A stretch of DNA of 63,847 nucleotides, counting the filler, from Dirinaria sp. TL-2023a (Eukaryota): the NCBI GenBank assembly GCA_051941275.1. It is 29 parts of 29 records of this genome, joined end to end, with 100 filler letters (N's around TTAATTAATTAA, not from the genome) between each part and the next. Parts side by side here need not be neighbours in the genome. Positions count along the whole stretch, not along the records: positions 50,843 to 52,930 come from JAVEBF010002400.1; positions 53,031 to 55,118 come from JAVEBF010002401.1; positions 55,219 to 57,304 come from JAVEBF010002402.1; positions 57,405 to 59,488 come from JAVEBF010002403.1; positions 59,589 to 61,670 come from JAVEBF010002404.1; 24 more parts are not named here. The stretch is one strand, 5' to 3'. Each line of letters opens with the position of its first letter. Position 1 is the stretch's first letter. Shown piece after piece: positions 50,743 to 61,770 of the stretch. The notes under the pieces are model-generated. The model ran no database searches. It had not been told where the DNA came from and saw nothing but the letters and a program-made list of their open reading frames with translations. Made by a program: the position numbers and the translations under genes.

Positions 50743-52563
50743 NNNNNNNNNNNNNNNNNNNNNNNNNNNNNNNNNNNNNNNNNNNNTTAATTAATTAANN
50801 NNNNNNNNNNNNNNNNNNNNNNNNNNNNNNNNNNNNNNNNNNTATTCGAACGAATATTGCAATCACGTTCAGCAATTGACTCAGCCTTCCTGAGATCCAT
50901 GCACGTCAAGAGCTAGCAGCGGCTTCGGGTCACCTCTTATAGACCGTAGTCATGTAAAGCACGTCGACGAGAGCTTCAAATGATCTCGTGTCTCATCACG
51001 CGAGATCATTCTTTGTAGATCGTAGTCATGCGAAGATCGTCTCTTAACGCGTAATAACCGAGTGTATGTCTTTATGTTTCAATGCTCAAACTCAATCTCA
51101 ACTCTTATTCGTACATTCACGCACACAGCGTTTTTCGTTCGAGACATAACGAAGTCACTGCTCTCGACAGAATCAGAAATCGCCGCTGTCGTCTTTTGAG
51201 GTGAACGAGACCTCTCATCGTTTAGCTATTCTGAATGCGCAGTCAGAGTCGAAGAGTGATAAATTCTTTCAGCCATCTCGCTGCGACTGATTCATGTATG
51301 ACAGAAACTTTCAGCCTTTCGTGTGCGATGTACGCGTGTATAACTCATTCTCAGCGTTTCTAAATCCACGCACAGCACTTCGCGGCTAGTACGCGGTATC
51401 TCAAAACGTGTTTCTTGCGACCGTGACAGAGAGACGACTGCGACGGCAGCAACGAACGCGTACGAAGAGAGAGAAGAAGATAGTTATAATGTTGAAATTG
51501 CGTGCCCTCTCTTCGAAGAATACAGATGAATTGATGATGCGTGTTGTTTTGTATTATCGTTGTCGATCGAGAGAAAGACTGAATTGCTGCGACGATCGCA
51601 TCGTGACGACAACGATGCTAGAACATTTGGCTCTGTTGAGTATTGCAAGCAATACCAGCAGGTTCGTAGCCAGCACCACGTACAGGTAGTCCTTGTCGCT
51701 GGCCGATACTGGGTTTTACGGCAAGCTAAGTGCAGTATAAAGCTAAATTAGCCAGTATTAATACCAGGATTTCTTTCGAGCAACACATGATATAAGTTCG
51801 TACATACGGTAAAAAAGATTTTTCTCCCTCCGCGGGCGATGTGAAAAAGACTTTGGCATTTTTGTATATGTTTGAAGGTTGTGAAACCTTATTATCTAGA
51901 AGTAATAAGGAGGGAAGGTAGGCGTGTAGATCGGGATCTGGACGTGAAAAAAGGCGATTTAGAAGACCTGATCTAAAAGAGAAAGTTGGAGAGGATTTGT
52001 TTTTCTTTCTCTCTGGTTGTTCGGGCTGGTGTTTAATGTGTTCGTCTTCATGAAGTTTGACTGATGGGCCTCTTTCTTGGACAGGGTTGAAACTGTGGGA
52101 CGTTCCTCCTTTCTCCCCAAGGGGGTAGAAGTATATTGGGCGTTTAGATGGGTTGAGCAATTGAGAAGTGAGTGAAGCAAATCGTCTCCGCTTTTAGCTC
52201 TTGGAAGGACTGGCGGTGATGGAATATGCCCAGACAAGTTGGCTGGCGTGCGAGAAGCGGAAAAGGTACTTAAGGTAGGGAAGGTAACTTTTAAAGTGAA
52301 GGAAGACGGGGTATTTGGATTGACACAATGGGTTAAGGGTTTTATTAGAAGTGGTTCCTTAACAGTTAAACTGTCTTGTTCGTAAACTCTCCTCGAAAGA
52401 TTGGAATCATTTGCTGACGTTTCAAAGAGCGACAATCGTTCGGTAAAAACCTCCGCGAAGAAAGAAAGATAAGCGAAATCGCAAATCACCCTTTTACAAT
52501 TCGGGATTGGAGAAGTTGAAGATGTCACTTCTCAGCAACCCCGCTCCTGGAGGGCCATGATGC

Positions 52564-52930
52564 TCAGAGGCCAACTCTCAATTGGAATACATGGTCTTTG
52601 CTGCTTGTGCCTTCAGCTGAGTCGTCAAGAGGGCAGTGGTCGCCCAGCTGTTCTGTGCTGACTTCGCAGCTTGCACCTTCATAAAGATCATTGCAGTCTC
52701 CGAGGAACTTAACTCGGCCGGAATCGCTCTTGCACACATACAAGGAATCTCTGACCCTTTTCTCATCGCTTGGGCAGCGTTCACGGTCACAAGACTCTTT
52801 CAATTGATATAGAGAGTAGCCTGTCGTTGACCGAAAGATGATCAGTTTCATGAATCGAGACACTATTCATCAGAGTAGACACATCAATAAGAGCTTACCA
52901 TAGTTATCTAGTAAATTTTTACCGCAATAC
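52564..52930 (-). CDS. Small cysteine-rich, probably secreted protein, 5'-truncated (exons 52930-52899 and 52820-52564)
   Basis: Spliced product YCGKNLLDNYGY...DSLYVC...LGDC...SC...GDHC; intron 52821-52898 (gtaagc..cag). The signal peptide would lie beyond the contig end. Confidence 0.7.
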
Positions 52931-53030
52931 NNNNNNNNNNNNNNNNNNNNNNNNNNNNNNNNNNNNNNNNNNNNTTAATTAATTAANNNNNNNNNNNNNN
53001 NNNNNNNNNNNNNNNNNNNNNNNNNNNNNN

Positions 53031-53648
53031 GCTGTCAACGTTGCAGAACAAATTATTATTGACGAACGAAGATTCGTCGCGTAGAGAACGCAACTCGACA
53101 CAGATCGATGCATTTTCGATAACTGATGTTGAAGCTAACGCTGTCGACAGATTTAATAATGAGCTGTCGCAAAACAAATAAAGATTATTCACTGAGTTGA
53201 GTTCTGTTTTCGATTTAGCTGAGATGCAAGTCGTTATCTCGCGGAGAGTTATTAAAGACATGTCAGAGAGCGTTTACGAAAAGTCAGCGAGATCATTGAA
53301 ATTCTTAATTAAGGAGCTTTAAGAACAGAATAAATGAGCAAAAAAGTTTTGCGTCACAGATCAGTCGACTGATCATCGAAGTGACGATGATTCTGATTCG
53401 TCTCAGAATCGGCGCAGACAAGTTAAGACATGATCTTTAGATCAAGAAGATTTAGTTAAACATGAAGATCGATTTTATGTTCTCGGGGATGAGGCTGTAA
53501 GGGAAGAACTTATGCGCAAGAATCATGATGATTCTTTGATCGATCACTTTGATGCGGAAAAACTCTGGAACTAATTCAGAGAAAATATTACTGATCCGTC
53601 TACGGAGAGTAGATGAAAGAATATATTCGATCATGTGATATTTGTCGA
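53031..53648 (+). mobile_element. Gypsy pol relic (pre-integrase region and HHCC zinc-binding domain)
   Basis: LMRKNHDDSLIDHFDAEKTLELIQRKYY* matches HD...GH.G..KT..L..R.YYW. Confidence 0.8.
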
Positions 53649-55118
53649 AACTTTATCAAACGTCGTTTTGTGTATTGCTCTCATTACTTCTCGTTCTGTG
53701 ATTGAAACGTTTTTCTCGATGAGCAGTGAATAAATAAATTCTTCGATATCGTTCATCGACATTTTCGACGAAAATGAAAAATGCGTTTGAAACATGAATT
53801 TTGTTTTTTGTGCTGTCGTGACGATTATGTTTTCGTCTCGATTTAACGATGAAATGATCGCTTAAATCAACGTGTCTGTTATCGCGTTTTGAGCTTATTT
53901 GACGTTGCTGAAAAGAGTTTTATTAGTCGTTTTCGAGATCTGCATGATCGTGCGAAACTCGTTTCATTTATGTTTTCTCAATATTTTTCTTTTGCGATCG
54001 CAGACTTTTATATACGTTTGTCAGTCTGTCGAAATACGACATTCGCGACGCAGACGTTTAATCGTTTTCACTGCTTGAGTGCACTCGTTTGTTCATGCTG
54101 TTTTGATTATTTCATGCGATTTGACTCAGAGCGTGAATATCTCTGTTGTTTTTTCTAAAACATTTAGTAGTTTCATTGTGTACTCGTCAATGCGCTGACG
54201 ATTTGTCAGTTCTTGTGACATTGATTCTGATAAATGATCTCGTAATACATTGTCGAATTTCTTCACATTTATTTTCTTTCAATTGCGTCGAGAGTAACGT
54301 TGTAACTTTTTCTGTGTGCGAAGATTCAGTATCGTTCGTATTGATAAATGATCAAATGAATTTTTCATTTCATTATTTATTTCGCAGTATATTAATCTGT
54401 TAGCAACATCGTCTGTGATGAAGCTCAGATCTATAATGATCTGAGTTTTTTGATAATCTCGCGTTATGATATCATTTGAGAGCGTCAACGAGACGTCGAC
54501 GTTTCGCATAATATTCAGCAAATCATCGATCAAAAATGTTGTCTGAGATAAAATGAGTCAATTCATAACGAGTAATGCAAATTAAAATTTTCAATTATCA
54601 CATTTTTTTCGTGTATACTCATTGTCGTTTTTATTTTTGATAAACTTTTTTTGTTGTTTATTTCGTTATGATTGATCGAGAACGAGTTGTACATCTCATG
54701 AACATAAAATGTCGTGTTCTCGTTTCTCTCGTCGTCAAAACGTAAATGCAATGTAATCGTGCTCACGTCTTTGAAATGTCATTTCGTGTGTCAATTGTTG
54801 CTGTCGATTCGTTTGTTGACGTAAAAACACGTTTTTTTTTTCATTGTTTTTTAGCGTGAAGTCGATGTTTCGTAAATTGTACGTTCTCGCGTCTTCGCTG
54901 TGACGTTAGAGCTTTTGTATTATTAGTATATCGTATCTCTTAGTTTTCTTCTTCTGCAGCAGAGTTATCATCATCTTGTTTCTCGATTTTTGAACGTTGT
55001 ATTATAGTATTCGAAACTCTGAACGTCTCTTTATTATAATTTCTCGTCTGTGAATGAGCTCTGTATGAAGATACGTTTTATATTCTGTGTGAATGACACG
55101 TTCTGTTCTGTTTTCATG
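53649..55118 (-). mobile_element. Tad1-like LINE, end of ORF1 and ORF2 APE endonuclease region, hypermutated
   Basis: FRIL*YNVQKS, YDILIIQKL*, IIENFNLHYSL (GDFNLHH), IIDLSF, SFDHLSI (SDH.PI). 53690-53840 matches 63701-63847 in reverse. Confidence 0.9.
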
Positions 55119-55218
55119 NNNNNNNNNNNNNNNNNNNNNNNNNNNNNNNNNNNNNNNNNNNNTTAATTAATTAANNNNNNNNNNNNNNNNNNNNNNNNNN
55201 NNNNNNNNNNNNNNNNNN

Positions 55219-57304
55219 CATAATGCTCGTGTGTAATTTGAGCTCATCTCATCTGAGAACGAAATTCTTGATCAATTGAGTTCATTTTGTTCAAGTAACG
55301 ATTGACATGAGCACGAAACATACGTTGTCGTGTTGTGAGATTTAAATTATCGAGATCTCGAGCTGACTCGAAACTCAGATTGAGATGTTGCTCGAAGTTT
55401 GCAAAGAACGAAATGCATTCATTTGACTCAAATACGTGATTATTGATAACAAACTCAGCAGAAAATACTCATACAACTCAATCATTTTGTAAACAAACGC
55501 AGAAAACTTTGAGATACTGTTTCACGATATTATTCAGTCGTTCGTTTTGATCATCTGTTTTCGAGTGATGAGCAGTAAATAATTGAGTTTTGATCTTGAG
55601 TCGTCGACAAAGTTCGTTTCAGAAAACGTTCACAAATTGTGAATCACGATCGCTAATTATGATTTTGAGTAAATCATGAAATTTTCAGACGCAGACATGA
55701 TAAAATTTGAAAACATTCTCGAAAATCAAATCGTTGATAAATTCTACGTGAATTATCTTCGATAAACGATTAGTAACTACTAGCATATTCTCGCAGATGA
55801 CATCTCAGTGATTCTTGCTAAATGAAAAATCAACAACGAAATTCATTGAGATGTGATTTCAGCGACGCTCAGAAATAACGAGAAATTTCAGAGCGTCGAA
55901 GTATTTATTGCGAAAGACTTTGATTCGAGAGCAGTGATGACAGTTACGAGTGAAGCGACGAATGTCGTTAGTCATATCTATTTATCAATAATTGCGGACG
56001 AGGATATCATAAATTTTCGTGACGTCGAAATGATCAGCACTCGAGATATCGTGAGTTAAACGAATGAGTCGAAGACGAAGTTCTTCGTCGTCGAGTATCA
56101 TTATACGATCATTTTCTCAGCGAGTTTCATTGTTGCAAATGGTTTTTTGAGCTCTATATTGTATCTCGTTGTTGATCAAGTGACATTCTGTTAACGAAAA
56201 TTCTTTGATGATAGCGAGATGATCTAAACGTAGTGCTCGACGAACTTTTTTATATAACGAATCGTTTCGTCGAGCAATGTTAAATTGTGTTTCTAGAGAG
56301 ATTTCGACGTTGTCGACAAACGGTGAAGACGATCTTCTGAGAGATTCTGATGAAAACTCGAGCTCGAGCTCATTAAAGATATGAACGTCTTCGTTTATCA
56401 GTTGATCGATAATTTCATCGATCTCTGATGTGATTAAATCGAGGACACGAACTGAAGAGATTTGAATGAAGAAATTATCTTTTTTAAATATCGTTTGTCA
56501 TCTGAAACGATCGTCTTTTTTTTTGAACGAGATTCGAAGCGACTCAAAACATCTGCTGCGACGTTGCTCTTGTTCGAACGATAAATGATGCGAAACTCAA
56601 AACGAGATAGATATTCGAATCAACGAGCTTAACGTCGATTTAAAAGTTTAAAAAACATGAAATACTCTAAATTTTTGTGATCGATGATGATTTGAATAAA
56701 AAACTTGAAGTTTTTCAACTCGTGTCACGGGTTTAGCGCGATAGTGTTGGAGCTCCCTCGGAGGAACCTCGGGAGCGCTAGCGGACGAGGTTTATACTTA
56801 AGCCTCGTCCCCATGTATCTTAGTTCTGCATAGCTAGTATTCTCGTCAATATCATACCTATCTATGCAGCCTAGATCCCTGAAAACTCGAGACGTCATTC
56901 TTTAAAGACACGAATGATAACTAGTAATTTCTTATCGTAAGTTTTATAGTTACATTCGATCGATAACATTGTCTTAGAAAAAAAAATTACTGAGTGAAAT
57001 TTTTGATCGAGATCGATTTGAGACATCAGGTCATCGAGTTTTTCATTCGAAGCATCGATTTCAACGATAATTTTCAGCTCGAGATCGAAATGCTGCAGTA
57101 TAGAGACTGAAATAAAGACTTCTTTTAGTTGATCGAAAGGTGTTTGACAGTTCGAGAATCATAAAAAGAGGCGATTCTTTTTGATGAGATCAACTAAAGA
57201 CTTCACGATTTTACTAAATTTATGAATGAATCGACGATAAAAATTGACAAATTCTAAAAGATTTGTATTTTTTTAAAGATCTGAGATGATTCTCAGTTAA
57301 TAAT
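55219..57304 (-). mobile_element. Ty3/Gypsy pol relic (RT end, RNase H, integrase), interrupted by a solo LTR
   Basis: FVNFYRRFI, VEIDAS, NYKTYDKKLL, IIDHKNLEYF, NVAADVLSR, H..H..CHHC, HISMNFV, IISDRDSQF, TAHHSKTDDQNER. Confidence 0.94.
56723..56884 (+). mobile_element. Solo LTR (162 bp) with 5-bp TSD ACTCG
   Basis: TGTCAC...TGAAA (from TGACA); ACTCG at 56718-56722 and 56885-56889; same family as 63539-63700. Confidence 0.93.
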
Positions 57305-57799
57305 NNNNNNNNNNNNNNNNNNNNNNNNNNNNNNNNNNNNNNNNNNNNTTAATTAATTAANNNNNNNNNNNNNNNNNNNNNNNNNNNNNNNNNNNNNNNN
57401 NNNNATGTAGTTGAGTAGCTATCCGACACGTGATCTCAAGTAGTTTTATCCGACACGTGACATGGAGGTCAGCACATAGAATTTCCAACAGTCAATGGCA
57501 ACAGCAAACGATACAGAAGTCTGTCAGCGGCAGTGCGACTCAAGCAGGGTAAACTTACCCAGCATCACTAAGGGCTTGGTTTTGACCAAGGGTCGCAAGG
57601 TATGTGCCGGGTAGAACTACAGCGCGGAAAACCCTCAAAAATAATATTTTGCAAAAAATGGGGGTCTCGGCGAATTTTTTTACGCACGCACGTATGTGTT
57701 GAAATTCGACATTAAACCCAACCTGCACGGTTTATGAATGGGCGAGCCAGAGAAACTCTCGCAATCTCTGCTAAGAAGGCAGCGCTGCATATTAATGCA

Positions 57800-58888
57800 G
57801 GGGATGTTTCCGGGTCGATTCCCTAGAGAAGAACGGCTTGCCAAATGACGCGTGGAAAAAGCTATCGTTGTGGGTAAGGGCGGTCAACTGTGAAGACGTT
57901 GGTGAGGTTATTCCTGTCGAGGCAAGGGATCCACATAATTCCGGCCTGGTTTCAGGGCGGAGTACAGTACTTGAATTACGAGAAGAGAGACCTAGTCAAC
58001 GTCAAGAATTACCGATTGCTCTCCATCATGAGCTCTGAATGTCGGCTCTATACACGGATCCTGGAGAGTCGGCTGATACATGTGCTTTCTTAGGTGATAG
58101 GAGATTGCCGGTCAGCATTTCTATCTGGTCGCTCAATAGGGGGCAATGAAAAGCTGATGCAGTGTGTCGTGATCTGCACAAAAGGTAGCGATGAAGATGT
58201 GGACATTCTCTTTCTACATGAGAGAAGCGTCTGATCGAGTGATTTATAACTAGCTGTGGAGGGTAATGAAGCATGTTATGGTACCTGACGGATTTATCCG
58301 ATAGTTGAAGGCATTGTACTTCGAGGGGACCGTGGTCCTCTACATCAATGGGTACTCTGGGGATCAGATCAAGGTATAGAGTGAAGTTCGGTAGGGAGAC
58401 GCCATGTCGGAAATACTGTTCAACCTTGCAATGAAACCGCTGACACTGATGATACATCATAGCCAGCTCCTGATGGGCATCGAAACACCGAGTGAAGGCG
58501 TGGTGAAGTGCGTGCTATACGCGGACGACATCGTCTTCATCCGCTCTCTAGCGTAGCTGAGAAAGGCTATCCGCATCCTACGACTATTCAGAAGGGCGTC
58601 TTCCCGATGCTGCTGGGAGACATGGACATTGGGAAACCCCCGGTGAAAGCGGCGGAGCTTCATATTCTCCGCGATGGGGAAGCCTACAAGCACTTAGGCA
58701 TATTCGTTGGGATGAACGTCACCGAGAACATGGATAAGTTTTGGAATGAAATGCTACAGGAGTTAGAAGAGTAAGCGGAAGAATACTTCAACGAGACTGT
58801 CGCAACGAGCACGAGTCCGGGTCTCAACGACCTTGGTGTTGTCCGTGCTGCGATATGCAATCTCCCTTAACCGCAGCAGGTCTCCAAG
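57800..58888 (+). mobile_element. Non-LTR retrotransposon RT relic of L1/Tx1 type
   Basis: KNYRLLSIMSSECRLYTRIL..RL, SAFLSGRSI, DRV, EVR*GDAMSEILFNLAMKPL, VLYADDIV, YKHLGI; frameshifts and stops present. Confidence 0.85.
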
Positions 58889-59347
58889 TGTTACGACCCT
58901 GTGCTGGGACATACCTTATGTATGGAACTCTGGAGCACAGGTACGTATCATGATCAAGGTCGCCAAGACTCTTGGCGCTTGAGCAAGCTAGTGGGGGTCA
59001 CGTGATGGGATCAGGGTGATCAAGAGGATCAATGCTTGAGCAGCTTGGGCAGCTTGAGCAGATCGGAGAGATCAAGGTGACCAAGGCTTGAGCAGCTTGA
59101 GCGACTTGAGCACTTAGCGCGGGAGAGTAGTATATAGATCTCCAACACGACGCCCTTCTGGCATTGTGTTCAATCTTAGTTAACTTGTCTACTACTGTTA
59201 CAAGTACCAAGTACCTACCTTGTGTGATACTTGCTCTATCACGTTGACACCCGTTGCTCCTAAGACTTGGACCTCTCAAAACAGACAAAACCCTAGCATC
59301 TCTTATTGGATACCTGGAACCCTAGGTTGATAGTAGAAGACGTAACA
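58889..59347 (+). mobile_element. Solo LTR (459 bp) with 5-bp TSD CCAAG
   Basis: Perfect 7-bp terminal inverted repeat TGTTACG...CGTAACA; CCAAG at 58884-58888 and 59348-59352; internal GCTTGAGCA repeats and a TATA-like element. Confidence 0.93.
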
Positions 59348-59904
59348 CCAAGGTGAACAGCCTCTAGTTGATAGAACAATGTGAGCTCCCTTTCAATCAA
59401 CCATTCAACCACCGCTAACTCTTCGCAGGTAGATAAGGTACGTACGAATTTTTCTTTACGCAATAGAACAAGCGATCCATAGTGCTCGNNNNNNNNNNNN
59501 NNNNNNNNNNNNNNNNNNNNNNNNNNNNNNNNTTAATTAATTAANNNNNNNNNNNNNNNNNNNNNNNNNNNNNNNNNNNNNNNNNNNNATGATGTGGTGG
59601 TACGTTTATTTTAAAGGGTGGGTACGGGGGAGATTGAACTGGTAATATTTCTTTGTTTTCTCGATTTGTGGACGCAGGGTTCAAGAGAAGATTGGAAGAC
59701 TGCAAAGGAACATATATATCGAGGAGAATCTATACACGAAATTTCTCTAATGACGCGGCATATAAAACCCCAACAAGAATTGTCTCTGACGGACAGGAAA
59801 ATGACTTCTGTGTATCAGAACAATAAATCTCAAATCATATCTTCGTCACCGTGTTACGTCCATCTGTGGTTGTTTTGGAAGGCTTTGCCCAACTCTGGGC
59901 TCCA

Positions 59905-61670
59905 TCACATGACTGTACATAAGACTCTGATTGCAGCGGCAACGTCTCTTCGAAGCTCTTCGTCACGTCTCAGGGCTTCTCTTGCTGGAGGCAAAGGATC
60001 TGAACTTTGCTTATTCCTTAAAAATGGCGCGATCTCTGAAGATGCAACTTCGGTCTGTTGCAGTAGTTGCGTCTTTAGCAACGCTAGCTTCTTGTAAAGC
60101 TTCTTCATTTCGTGAATTTTTTCTTTGCTTCTAGGGCGTGCACCAAGAGATAATGGCCGAGTTTCGAGCAAATCCTCGTAAAGCTCGTCAATGCTAGCTA
60201 TTTCTGAAGCTAATAGTTTAACGCCATGTATCTTCTCGCCAGTCTCATTGATGCTGGACAGTTTGGAAGCTGATGTCTTAACTTGTTTTAACTTCTCTAC
60301 TATTCTTTTGAACGTGCGTATATGGAAATGAAACCTGGCTGAATGTAAATAAAGCGCCCATCCGTATTCTCTTTCTGAAATTAATAACTGGATTTCAAAT
60401 AACTTCTTGTCGATCGTCAGGATTCTGATCGGATCTAAAGCTGATAGCTTCACTAGGTAAGAATCTTCCTTGAAGTCAACATCTTGCTGGTGTATCGGTT
60501 CCAAATCATGTACTGAGGCCACAGTTTCGAGATAAGGCGCAAGAGCTTGGAGGGCCGATTTCCTAGTCCCGTCAAAGTGAAAGACCCACTGCTTTGGCGA
60601 GAATCCAATTTTTTTAAATCCTGCTTCTCTTTTTCCGGCTACGTCGGATCGAAAAAGATCCCATTTGGTTGTGAGCAAGGTGAACATCTTGTATTGTTGA
60701 GTCCGTGGATCTTCAACCGATTCCCACAGGCGGCGCTTAGTCTGTGGACTTGTTAAGGTAATCGGATGCACCGATATCACGCCGTTGAGCAGCAAACTAC
60801 TACCGTACTCTTCGCTAAGCCAGGTTTCGGTATCTCTAAAAGCGTCGAATACCGAAATCATGGCGCCGTCAAAGCCCGGTGTATCGATCAAATGGACTGT
60901 TGTGCCTTGATGGAAGAAAGAGTAGCATTGCACCGCCTTCATTTTCGAGTCTAAGCCACTAGCAGCTTCCACTGCTTTCCCACTAGCTTCAGCGATAAAA
61001 CTACTTTTACCTGCTCCCCGCTCACCTATGACAGCGATAAGGATATCGTCCCTTATGATAGTGGGATATTGGGAGCTATCCCTCGGTGCGTGCACCAATT
61101 TAGATTGTTTTGATGATTTGTAATCTACTTTTTGGCCTGTGGGTTCTTCGCTGGGAACAGGTGCCAACTCCTGGGACATGAAGTTGGGTGTTTTGATATA
61201 GCCGACGCAGTAATATGCTGCATTGCGAGGGAAGAGATCCCAGACAGCGACCGGCATCGACATCAACCCCAAGGTAGAATGAGCTCCCCACAGACCTTCC
61301 GGCTTGATCATTTTTAGATTTTTGACATCCGTAGGCATATGAGTCGTAAGCCATTGAAGCCAATCGTCGACATCATGGAAGCCATCTTTCAAAGATACAG
61401 CGACCAAGACTCGCGTTGAAGAAGGAGAATCCTTCTCAAGTAGGCTGGATGAGCTAGAGAGGGAGGATTGCTGCGACAAGTCGGAATCGGTCAGTGGGGG
61501 AGGAGGTGTGGAGCCCGGCGTTACAGGATACAATCGTATACTAGCCTTGTCTTTACCACTCATAATGCTATGGACTGGTGTCTTTAGCAGCTTTTTTGAT
61601 CCCTCTGCTCCTCGATAGTTAATGAGCTTGGCATGAAGCATAGCGACGGTCAAGGGCTTTTCTCTAGAGT
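59905..61670 (-). CDS. Multidomain protein: conserved fungal N-terminal domain + P-loop GTPase + coiled coil; 5'-truncated
   Basis: G1 GERGAGKS, G3 LIDTPGFD, G4 TTKWD. Upstream TVAMLH..L..TPVH, VLVAVSL..W.QWL, STLGLMSMPVAVWDLFP..AY..VGYI. Confidence 0.88.
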
Positions 61671-61770
61671 NNNNNNNNNNNNNNNNNNNNNNNNNNNNNN
61701 NNNNNNNNNNNNNNTTAATTAATTAANNNNNNNNNNNNNNNNNNNNNNNNNNNNNNNNNNNNNNNNNNNN

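Noticed and set aside
57414..57460. Duplicated ATCCGACACGTGA (E-box-containing) motif
   Set aside because: Only two copies at a contig edge with no linked gene; function cannot be assigned.
2150..61770. Regularly spaced TTAATTAATTAA palindromes as a biological repeat or CRISPR-like array
   Set aside because: Always centred in 44+44 N; a standard six-frame-stop linker between size-sorted contigs.
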